Below, one piece after another: positions 1 through 13,300 of a stretch of 64,000 nt of DNA (the stretch's first letter is position 1; the number at the start of each line of letters is the position of its first letter). The notes below the pieces were generated by a model. The model was not told where the DNA came from. It did no database searches and saw only the letters and a list, made by a program, of their open reading frames with translations. Both the position numbers and the translations under genes were made by a program. Origin of the DNA: Owenia fusiformis (taxonomy: Eukaryota); assembly GCA_903813345.2 (NCBI GenBank), contig CAIIXF020000001.1, positions 7,812,001 to 7,876,000 on the forward strand, in the 5' to 3' direction.

Positions 1-1393
1 TGTAAAAATACACAACCACTGTTTATTTCATTCACTCAAATGATCAACTATACACTGTTTTTCTAAACAAAAAAATATGAAATAACATCAGCTGTGAAAT
101 CCTGCTAAAGACTTTTCTAATACTAGTGGCTCAGTATAAATACTAAAACATGGCTATACATTTACAATATTTTCTATTCAATATGAATCCATCCAAAGTT
201 TGTCTTTGAAGGATTAATGCTTACTCATGTTGATTAAATACAGTTGTAAATTCTTGATGTTTTATCTAATTAAATACAATATACTTTTATCAAATTATAC
301 AGATCTTGCATGCCAAATAATTGATCAAGGGGCAGACTGATCACAGAAAACAAACCTGGACGATTTCCCTGTATAAGTGACTATTTCTTCATGCATGTCA
401 TCAACTCAATTCTGAGGAAAACAAAATCCAAAATGATCAATTTCTAAGGGCTCCAGGCAGCAAAATGTTTATACTTTCAAAAATAATTGGTGATGGTGAT
501 ATTTTTATAATAATAGTATTCAAAGAAAGAAACACATGCAATGAATTTTTTTTAAATCAATTATATCATTTCCCAAAGAGAATTGATGCATATCACACCT
601 GTAATAATAAAAAAAACTAATCATTTCTAATTATGCAATGGAAAATCAGATCTATCAAGTGGAGAGTCCACCTATTTTTTCTTCTCATGCAACTGTACCT
701 AATTTCTATTTGGTGGAGATAAATTACACAAAATAAAAAAAATAAATTCCAAAAAATAAATTTCTAGAGACAGACCCGCCTAAATGGAAGGTCATCTTTG
801 TTTCTCTGGAGTCCTTTTTGGTTATATCATAACTTAAAATTCCTAGCAAGCAATTATCTACTGTAATTGACAGTGACTTGCAAACAAAAAGTTATGACAG
901 TTCCAAAAATGGTTCTTTTTTTTATCATTTTTTTGGGTCTGAAATACCAAATTGTTTGTGACAATTGCCTATGCTTTAATACAATAATTGTTAATTCAAA
1001 CATAGCAGGAAAATAACAAAAAATATAAAATATATGTGCACCCTTTCTTAGTGTCTCTTTATTTGACACTTAAATTAATTGAACTGAGACAGACACCTTT
1101 ATTGACTTTGGAAAAATTGCATGAAAGAAAAAGCTATTTACACAAATTTCTAATAAAAAAAATACAAGAATCTTTTCAGATCAAGATGAAAGTAGGATCA
1201 GCTATGTTGTTCTGGTTTTTTAATAAATGGTTATTACATTGACAACACCATGGTAACAATGACAAGACAAGACATTGACATGACTTTGAGCAGTAGTAGC
1301 ACAAACAGCTATTTCAATAGAACGTAAATATGTAGCACACGATGATGGCACAAACACTCCAATTTGAGGAACATGGGAGACAGCTGCTGGCCG

Positions 1394-4300
1394 CTACACA
1401 CTGAATGTCTTCCTATGGTGATATACCCCTGGGCTAACTTCCGGGGTTTTTGGTTTTAGTTCTGTCACAAGACCTCCCCATTGCAACTTAAAGCGTCTAG
1501 ATCTCCACTCTATAGTGGGAGAGGCATGCGCCCTGATCATTAATGTTATTGATGTGAGTTCTCTAAATATCCAGCCTATTAAGAAGTCAAACTTTGTGAA
1601 TGTTATGGGGCCATTCTGGAAAAAACATTCTGAATATTTGAATTCTCATAAAAAGAAGATTTAGAATACTATTCTGTCAGTTTATATTTACATAAAATAG
1701 AGAAAATAGAGATTGCTTCAAGAAATGGATTAAATTATCTATTGTTTCACTTCCCCATAACCTAATTCTTTTCAAAATTCATTCATAAATATGGACAATA
1801 CTTAAACATGTTAATTTTAGAAAGTACTTTTCACAAACTACAACCACAGTCTCCATGAATAACCCTTATAACATAATTTAGCTTTAATATAGATATTATA
1901 TAATAACACTTACATTTACAACAAGAAGTAATATATAGTCCTGTAGGAACCATAGCAGGGTATGAACAAGGAAGAAACCAAGTGGGCTCCAGTCAAACAG
2001 CTCCACCACTGACCATGAGCCAAGTAGGCCGATTGTGAGACACTCAGAGAGAGGCTCTAGGAAAATAAACTGCGGTAACATGGCTGCACGCAATTTAGTC
2101 CATCTGGAAAAATAAACCATTTAAAGACATATACTTCAGCTTTAGAAAACACACAATCACAGATATACTTATGTTAGGCCTAGTTAAAATTTTTATTTAA
2201 AGTGACAATAAGGAAATAATCAATGTTTTAGAATCATCCTTGTTTGTTTGATTTATCACGTCTATTTTTTTCTCGTCAAATATTTTTATGTTCATTTCTC
2301 TAATATGCAATTTACTTTCTCAATCATGCAGATAGAATGCCATAATGTACATAATGTACATAAGGAGGAGGTTGGTAAGACTAGGTTGTGCCAATACTAT
2401 ATACATGTAATAATAATAAATAAATAAAGAAAAATATATGTAAGATGTTACCTGATTATTCTATTCTGGAATTGGGTGACTGAATAAGTGCCAGGGTTTT
2501 GCTGGGCTACCTGGGAGGCAAGAAGAATCTGCCAGCCTCTGAAAACATAAAATAAAAATCAGAACACAAAGCCTTATATAATGAAAAGAATAATCCAGCT
2601 TTACATTTTAACTTTGTAGGTTGCAACCATCATCTTCCTTTTATATTACCAGTTCTCCCAGAATTATGCAGGCAAAAATTGAAATAATGCAGCAAAAAAC
2701 AAATATTATGTGGGGGAAAATGAAAATTATGCAACCATATTAAGGCAAAAATTCCAAAAACATATTTCAAGTGAATTAAAAACACCGAGCCAATCTCAAT
2801 CTAATACCGCAATTTCCAGTATGGCTGATTTTGACTTTTTTTAGAGTCTTTGTTTAAACAGAATTTTTACTTAATAATTATGAAGATGATGAAGCAATGA
2901 AACATCAGGTGAGAAGATATTCTTTGAGAAAGGTGTAAGTTATACTAAAATTATGCGCTGCTGAATGAATTAAATGCATCATTTCTAGAAATTCAAAATT
3001 GTGCAAAAATTATTTTGAAGAAGAATCATAAGGAAACGCGCTTACTTTTGAAGAGTGGCTTGAGCTAGGAAGAAATCCTCAGCCAGATACTGTCCAAACA
3101 CTTTCAGGCCTCCTGAATCTTCAAGAATTTCTTTGCGCATAATACAAGACATGCCTGTTGTACAATTTATACCTAGTGCATTGGCATAAAGGTACATCTT
3201 TGCATGTTGTGTACCAAAATATACCTGGAAAATAAAGGTTATGTTAAAAAACATTTCTGGTAGATTTTTACAAAACAGTTATCATATTATTGAATCAAAA
3301 GTTAGTGATCACTAGATATAAAGGAGCTCGGTCTCTAACTCTGACTACCCACAATTTGCAGCATCAATCAATACAAAGCTTTTTCATACATACTTCTAAC
3401 TGTTAAGATCGAAAAATTTTCTCGTTTTGTGAGCCACATGAAAAGTGCAAATTATTAAGAGTTAATTTCCTAACGATATTTAAGAAAGTATGATTTGTAT
3501 CAAAGTTTATTGCTGCTGCAAGTAATAGGTAGTTCTGAATCTACAATTTCAAAGTATTTTAGTATCAAAGTCCAATCCCCTTTAATAACATATGACTTGA
3601 ATAAATCTTGAATTCATCTCAATCATGAGATTAATATCAAGCTGTTGAACTAAGATTCGATTAATGATAAAAACTCCTCAAGAACTAAATCCCTACTTAT
3701 AGCACTCAGCTATATATCATCATAGATCCCTAATAAGTTTAATTTGTAAGGTTATCCATCAAAATCTTGAAAGTGTTACCACATCTTACTGAGACCAGAG
3801 AAAGTTGCATGACTGCATGCATAATAACTTCCTACATCTTTCAGTGCTGGACGAATCTTTAACAAGATCATGGGGTAGTTGTCTTAGGGCATATGGTAGG
3901 TTTGAGATTTGTATTCTGATAATTCAATATGTCTTAGATATGATATAGTGAAGTCTTGTTAATTTTAGGGGACATGGAGTAGTTTGTGCAATGCTATAAG
4001 AAGTAGGGTAGCTCATCTTTTAAGAAATATGAAAATATCCCTACTGTTTGCTAAATTTAGGATAATTTTTAGTTATTCACAAACACCTATTCTCCTTGCA
4101 CAGTATAAGTATAAATTGATATGGCTTGTTATAAGCCTTTAGCAATAGAAAGGGAAATAGCACTTTTCATCTGAAATAACAAACAAATGTATCTAGATTT
4201 TATAAAATATATTACAATTATTTGTTTAATTGCCCTTGACTGCCCTTAATTTAGGAAACCAATGAAAACAAGAACACAAATGTGTACAATATGTCCCCAC

Positions 4301-7300
4301 CAATGGGTGATCCCGTCAAATGGTTATCCTAAAAATGAGTAGACAAGACTTTACCGTTACAATTTTGGTACGGAAAATGCAAATGGCCACCTTAAAATTG
4401 ACCCAGAATGCCAAAAAATTAGTCAGCTCTAGATTTTCATACTAAGAACCATCCCTGAAAATTTAATTGATCCGTCAAACAGTAAACAAGAAAACGCGTA
4501 AACAAGACTTTACAGACAAGATTTTAGGACAGAAAAATCCAAAATGGCTGCCTTGACATTTGCCAAGACTGCCTAAAAAACTAATCAGTTCTAGATTTTC
4601 ATACTAAGAATCATCCCTGAAAATTTGAAATTGATCTACCAAACGGTTCACCTGAAAACGCGTAGACAGGACTTTACAGACAAGATTTTAGGACAGAAAA
4701 TCCAAAATGGCTGCCCTGACATTTATCGAGAATGCTAAAAGACTAATGGGTTTAGATTTTAATACAAGGAATCATCCCTGAAAATTTTTAATTGATCTAC
4801 CCAACGGTTCACCTGAAAACACAAAGACAAGACTTTACAGGCAAGATTTTAGGACTGAAAATCCAAAATGGCTGCCTTGACATTTACCCAGAACGCCAAA
4901 AAACTAATCAGATCTAGATTTTCATAATAAGAATCATCCCTAAAAATTTGAATTTGATCTACCAAATGGTTCACCTGAAAATGAGTAGACAAGACTTTAC
5001 AGGCAAGATTTTAAGACGGAAAATCAAAAATGGCTGCCTTGACATTTATCCAGAATGCCAAAAAACTAATCAGATCTAGATTTTCATACTAAGAATCATC
5101 CCTGAAAATTTGAAATTGATCTACCACACGGTTCACCTGAAAACGCGTAGACAAGACTTTACAGACAGGATTTTAGGATGGAAAAATCCAAAATGGCCGA
5201 CAATAAAAAGTGATTATTAGTTTTTAGTTTCTTTTTACAAAATTATCGCATATAACTACTGTTAACAATAACATAGGCTTTTACAGCAAAGTACACCTGA
5301 AATTATTTATAAAGCTACTAAATAGTTTAAGTATGAAAACTCAAAAACACCATGAAACAAAGTATTATCGCATGCTAACTTTTCTTAAGACATTCAAAAT
5401 GGCTGACATGACTGAGCTAACAGGTCCAAAACCTAATCAGATGTAGAATGAAGTAAGCTGAACAAGATATTAAAGTTTTAAAAGCAACCATGAAGCCGTT
5501 TTTCTTAAAGTTTGCAGACAAGGATTTTAGCATTTGACTTCAAAATGGCCAACAGGAAGTAGGTATCGATCTAAAAATCTTTTGTCCACATCTGTATGCA
5601 CTCATAAGTTATCCTTGAAAATTTGAAGGTGATATCTGTAGCGGTTTTGGAGAAAACTACCGGACGTATGGACGGACGGACGGACAGACAGACAACCAGA
5701 CAGACGGACGAGCCTAGGCCGACAATATGGCCCCACATTATGTGGTGGGGACATAAAAATCATTTCTAAACTCACACTTAATTCTTAACAAGACAATATG
5801 ATATCAAAATGATATTACAGCTGGAAGGAAATGTTCAAATTTGGGGAACATCCTGTCGAGTGATTGTTTGCACAGTTACTACTTAATAAATTCAATGATC
5901 TTTTCATTTGTTCCACAAATTATAAAATTACTTCCCGTTGTTTATCCTGCAATAAGATATGACAGCAAATTAGAAACCCAGATTACTTGTAACATTTATA
6001 TTAGTCAATGGACTAGTACTTACTTTTTCGAGGACTCCTGCAAACCCCTTACGGTCGCAGACGTAGGGCATTTGATGTACTAAACCTACATTGTCACGTT
6101 CTATATGCAGAACCATATCTAATAGGCCATCTTGTGACACTGAAAATATAGATATATCCATCAACTGTAGTGATAACAATTTGTAGATTTAATGATGGTT
6201 ATATGATTACATATAATAGCTATACAATTATTTGCCTGATAATAATGTATTAAGGTATGCAAATAAATATTAATACTACAATAACAATATCTGTAGTGCT
6301 AGTTTTGTTTGCATGCATTTAACACCCATTATACAGACAATTAGATGTAAGCAGTACATCAATTAAATAACATAGGCTCACTGTGTGAGTCAAAAACTAC
6401 AAATTGAATGAACTAAATAATTCTGAAATTTCAAGGTAAAATATGCAAAACTGACTGAGTTATTTAACTTTCTTACGGTCCTGTTTTTTAGACACCCTGT
6501 GTGTTTAGTGCCATTTACATTTCAGAAGATTTAAAACATTCTTCTGTTATCATTTATCGGCAGTTCTCTCCATTTATACGGAGCTATCACTTATGAAACA
6601 TTGTTTATAAATGAATAAATGCTTAGACTTATTGGTAGGGAATTGTAGCAGAATTTGGCATGAAGTCATACTATTATCTAATCCACCTAATGAACAAGGA
6701 ATTTGGAGGAGAAAACAATTCAATTTTGGTGAAAACAACATTAGAATTGACCGATGAAATATACTGTACATTTCTATATGTATAAGGACATATTTTTGCG
6801 AAACACCAAACCTCAATTCACATAACTTATAGCATTCAAGACAAAAAGATTGTGTGGACCCGCAAGGTAGTACATTGTACATGTATTTAGAAGATATGAA
6901 CACCTTATGGTCATGCGATACGGTATTATTATACATAAATTGATTTCTCTGATGAATTATGACTCATATTCTCTTGTGGCAGCTATTGATTTTGACTACA
7001 AACACACACAAATAAAATAATCTTATAAATACATAATAGCCTTGTAAATGTGAATGAGTGTTTGATGTTTCATTTTTCTGTTATGGTGACAAATCTATTA
7101 TAACTTGCATTTTAAACAAAGACTGAAAGAGATGTGATTTTAATGAAGTGCTACAGGCAAAATAATTCTTTTCATTAAAAGAAATTCCGCATCTAATGGT
7201 TACTCATAATATTTTGAAGAAAGAATCATGTATGCTTGAATCTTTGTATGTTAAAGTACATTGAAAATGATATTTTCCAAATGAGCTATAAAAATGATTT

Positions 7301-10300
7301 ACAACTCCAGTAACTCCAAACCTATATTAAATTTTAGTCTTGTAAGTCAAAAACCCATAAAAGTATTTTATTACATGTCAATCTTTATGTTATGGAAGAG
7401 AGAAAAAGATTATCTTTAGCAGTGTGAATCAAATTGGTATTCTAAGAATGCATTACTGAGGGTGATTTACTAGTTTTAGCTATTTATTAGAGCTACGATC
7501 TGTGACTTTTAAATTCCCATTGGAGTTGGGGTATATGGTTACAATCTCTAATGGTTCATTAGCTAATTTGCAAGAACATTTTCATTTCTCAACATTTCTC
7601 ATCCCGTTTCCATGGGTTGATACCTGACCTCCAAAATGAGAAAAATAATACACTGAAAACAGCCACTTCTGATATTGCACTATTATTAGAAGTTATGTAA
7701 GTAATTCAGACTAACACATGGCATGACTTAATCTCATAATACTGACAGAACATTAATTACATCTGTTACATTGCTTCCAACAACATAAAATATTTCTTAA
7801 CCTTTCAGTGAATATCTCAATAGCACAACAGTTGCTCTAAAAACTCCATCAGTGAGATAAAAATGAATCTTAGATGAAATGGATGAAGATAAAATACTAA
7901 AGATGCTACTTCCAATAATGTAACAGATATAGATATTAAATACTCAGAGAAATGAAAATTTGCTCAGGATATTGAGGATGAAAAGAATAAAATCGGAGAA
8001 GATGAAGACGAGATCTAGGCTTTGTAAAATGACAAAAAGGGTAATCCAACCCCTCCCAGCAATACCCCTGAGTGACATATCCCATCGGGCGAAACAAAAA
8101 CATATTCTCTCAAATCACTGATCATTTTGAACATTTTATGATAGAAACAAAATAACCAGACATTGGGATTGTCTTATTTGGTAAAACCTACAGTTCTAAA
8201 GTTCTTTTTCATAAGCCTTCAGTTATAAAATCTGGAAAAAATCTGATAACTGGTATTTGAGTTATTAAATATTGACTTATTTGACATTTTTACTAAATAA
8301 CTACGCCAATTTTAAATCCAGTAGCCACCTTTTACTTCTCTTCCTTGAACAAATATTCTATGTCCTTAGACATCAGTATGTATAATTTGAACCAAATCTG
8401 ACAACTGGTGGTGTTTGAGTTTATATTTTATTATATTTTTTATGAAAAATAGTAGCCATCTTGAATTGAGTGGCCATATTGGAACTTCTTCCCATGCTCA
8501 TGAGGTATCAGCCAATCAAATTCAAACTAGGATGACACACCAACAGATAGACAGCACAATGGGAGAACATAATATATCCCCAATCAAACTTCATTTGGTG
8601 CGATAATTATTGTATATCTACTTATTTTTGTATCCTAAGTAGAAGATAATATGAACAAATATTTAAGGCATTGAGGGAGAAAGAAGTGTCTGGCAAGCTG
8701 ACCCTTTCAATAATCAAACTTTCACTTAACTAACTTAACCAATATCAGCGAGGCACTGAACACAGAAAGAGGAATTGGAATAAAATTGATTATCCAATAA
8801 ATAATAAAATCCTTGAACAGACCCAGTTTGGCCTCAGCTGCTGAAAGTTAATTGTCTTTAATCAGGTCACTTCTCCATTTTTCCGCACAAGAAATAACTC
8901 AGATTGTCTGATATGTCCATATTTAGACATACTTACATGCAATGATCAATTACTGATAGGTTTTCAGAATGTATTACTCTAGGGAGAATTAATATAAATA
9001 GGAAAATAATTTTTTATCAAGCTAAGTCATATCGATCTATCATTTTTATTTCCTTCTCTATAATGGAGAAGTTGCACCTTCCAGAAATCCAATCCCGGAA
9101 TAGTCAATCAAGTTGATTTAATTTAGATTCCATTTCTAGCTTCACTTAATGCAAATAAAAAGCAGTAATTGCATTGAAACAGTAGATATGCAGAAAAAAT
9201 TGAAACCATCAGTAGAGTATGGTATATATATATAATATATAATATATAAATGTATGCTGCACAGTCAGACAGGGACAAAAGTCAGTTATGTTTACTGATT
9301 GCTATGGTACAATCATCCTCCGAACACAGGCCTAAGGAAGTCATACCTCCTCCTTCCATAATACAAGAAGGAAGGAAGAAGGAACATAGTGGATGATGTC
9401 TAGAGCCCTGCGTTTGGAGGATGAGATACAATACAACCATCTATTAGGAATTCAGTGATTTGGAATTGAACATGACATCATCTTGAAGACTTAGATCATT
9501 TAAACCTACGGAGGAGGATATCTAGACGTGTATTCCCTGATAATAGCTATTACTACTGGGTCAAGGGATTTGGGTAAGGTTAAGCACAAATGACACAGTG
9601 GTAATCATTAGGTAACATTTAACTTCCACATTCTAGGCACAAGCAGATTTACAAAAAAGTTCATTTGGAATAGTTCTCTAAAATAAAGAACTGACAAGAA
9701 AATATTCACAGGAGACCTTAAGACATATTTCTTAGAATCCTTTGAGTCTCTTTTATAGCTTCTTTCACAAGAATTCTCAAGGAGTCATTCATCACTGAGA
9801 AAAGTGTGCACTTAAATGAGGAAATAAATGCAAATCTGGTGCTCATGAATATTTAGTGAAGCAGAACTGTATTCATTATTTGGATCCATTAATGTATCTG
9901 GGTATTGTTTTTTTGCATGTCTAATACTGATGAATCTCTCGTGAGCATCATTTATTTCTACCTTAACACATGCTACATAAAAACAGTACTCAATGGATAA
10001 CTAACATTAAATACAATAGCTTATATAAATTATTAAGGACTGTATATATTCCCTCAGTGATGACATTCTATAAGGGGATTATGAGGCTTTTAGTGAATTA
10101 ATTTTTTTCAGATAAATGTATATCGAAAATATTCTCGTGGAAGTTTGGGATATTAAACCTGATAAAATTCCCCAGCCACCAAACTAACATTTGGAATACT
10201 TCATGATCACATTGTAGATCTAATCAAATTATAGCAATACTCAACTATGAGAACAATAACATCCTGATTGAGACTGATATGATTTGTAGCATTCAGCCGT

Positions 10301-13300
10301 CTAGGCAGGTGCAAATGCAACATTTCCTAATAAGAGCATGAAAGCTTTTCCCTTTACATTCCAGTGCAATAATATTCTTTTCTATTTTTGCGACTTAATA
10401 GTAAAACTCCATAAGAATTATGTTATTTCTCTCAATTTATACAGTCATAAAATATGTCTACAATCCTAAAGTAAAAATAAGTCTTATTCTATCAATCTGG
10501 CTTAAAATGAATAGGTAGACTAAGGTAAATCTTTTGGCCTTAATAATTAGAAATATGACTTACTTCTAAGCCCACTATCTGAGATCAGGATTAGATCATA
10601 TTTTGCAGCCTCATATGCTAGCATCATGTTGTTTATTTTAGGATTGATACCAACAATTTTCCCTCCTGAAAATATAACATATTTCATGATTACACAATCA
10701 TAATGCCATATATGATCATTACATGCTATAACAAGACATTAACATGACAAAATGTCACCACAATATAAGTTATTGCAAATTGTTACAGACACCAATTGTG
10801 AATTGTTACAGACGACCAATGCCGACCACATAAAAACTACTTAGACGTAAAGGACGTTCTATTCTATTTATCCCATAGATGAATGAACAAATGAATGAAT
10901 GGATGGATGGATGGATGGATGGTGGATGGATGGATGGTGGATGGATGGACGGACGGACGGACGGATGGATGGACGGATAGTTGGTCCAGTAGGTGCCTAT
11001 AGATTCACCATGTAAAACCAAAAATTGGACTACAAGTATATTTTCAGAAAAGTGTCCAAAATTGTTCCCTAATGCAATGCAGGAAAGGATTTCAGGTCTG
11101 TTTCCATTTTCACAAAAATTATAATAGTCATTAAAATAATGAATAACCAACATTTTTTGGTCATTCAGGCTCTAGTGTCACGATTAATTCATAGTTATGT
11201 TTGGTTTCATTAATTTTCAAACAGACCTTGAACCTTATCAAGTGACAACACTTTACTAACCATATCAAACAGTCACGATTTGTTATCAATTGATATGTGG
11301 TGTAAGGTAACTGATGCTTTAAATAGGATTAACTCAAATTACAAATATGCACTATATATAAGGAGCAGAAATTACTGTACAATAGTATATGTTCATTAAA
11401 CTCCAACTAAATGTTACAACATTGTCTTCAGATCCAATCCAAATCCTTTGATATATATGTTTTTATTGAGAATTTCTGAACTTATTTTTTGGGCATCATG
11501 TAACTCCTGTTTTGATCATTTATACGTTATCTCAATAGTCCCCCACATTCAAATTTGAACGTGAGAATATCAAGAGAAAAGGTCAATAACCCTTCCCCCA
11601 TTTTCAAACCAAGCGTGGGAATATCAAATGATAAAACATAAGAGTTCTGAGTCTAGCATAAAACATAAACGAGTCATCAAAATAATTGTGTATAGTCTTT
11701 TGTATGTTAAATTCATCATTCCCATTCATGAAGATCTCATTTTTTCATTCAACTAAAGTAGTTTGACATTTCCTCGATATTCCATATGAGTACAGTCCTA
11801 TAGATGAATCTAAGCACGTTAGCCGTTCATTTCAATATTAAATATTCAACGGAAAAAAACATTATAACAGGTGAGTCATAAGTCAGGTAGGATGTTGAGA
11901 CCATGTGAGGTTATTGTAACAGTACTGATAAATTTTTCAAATTTTCAAACTGATAACACACCAACAAATCACCTTGAGAAAAATTGCGTATTTACTTCAG
12001 ATTAAAAGTAGCCTTATATCTGACAGGATGGTGAGAAGTGAATGTATTGCAATCGGTGTAAATAAATACAAGGTTATAAACATTTCCTCTCAATAAAACT
12101 AGATGCCAAATTGATGAAAAATATTTATCATAATCCTACCACTTTTTGTCTATTTTGATGGTAATACTAAGCACATGATTCTGATTTCCAATACGTCCAC
12201 ATCATTTTGGCTTCCAATACGAAAAATGTCTCAAATTTGAGGAATGAGATTACATGGTTAAGTATGATGCCATTTCATGAAATTGTATAATTAGTCCTCT
12301 GAGAATAAAGAGAAAATGTCACTCTAAAACACCTGGGTTCTCCACACATTGATAAGACAATACCAGCAAATATACATTTGTTGTTGTCTAATGCAATGAA
12401 CAAATCATCTTGGAGTCTTTGTTGACAAAAATACCATCTTTATAATGATGTCATTTAGATAATCATAAATATTAGACAGATACTGGGAAACTACCAGATA
12501 TGGGATTGGTGGTCCTGCAAATTGATTTGATATGTATATGAAACAATTAAATAAAAATTGTAAAAATGCTAAACATGAAATAAAACTCAACATATAATTT
12601 AACTACTTGACCCTTTTCTATTTACCTATTGTCCCGTCCTCTCTCCCTATTACATAAAATATAGAATTTAATCAACTTACTTTTTCCTTTAACATGTTCA
12701 TACTACCTGCATATTATAGCATACCAATTCTCACCCCCCCCCAAAAAAAAGAAATACATAATTTCTTTTCTGTTTTACAAGCAGGGAAAATGTGTATGTA
12801 CATGTAAATGACAATGAAGAGAACAAATTACATTCAAAATAAAAAATGAAATATAAAAACAACTCAAACCATTTCGTTTGCTTCCTTATTTTCTGTAGCA
12901 TTGGTTATTTCAATTTGTCAAGATAAAGGAACATTAATCAAAAAGGTGAAGTATTAATCAAATAAGAAAATTGTATTTCTACCGACTTGTTTCTTGCGTG
13001 AAAATTACAATTGCAATCACCGTTTCACAACACAAAGCAGAGCCCTGAGAAACTAACTGCCATTCTCATGTTTTTCACATATTTCTAACATGCAATACAA
13101 AGATGCTATCTAGGTAGTAGTTAGACACAAATACAGTGGTTCACCATGATCAAAAAGACTAAAACATACATCAGGAGTCCACAGTCAGCATGATTACAAA
13201 GCAGCTGTATGTGTTCACTGGTTATGCATTCGAGAGGAATAAATTTTGAATCAATCTCTAGAATGGTCAATATAAATGTATATGATAACTTACCTATAAG

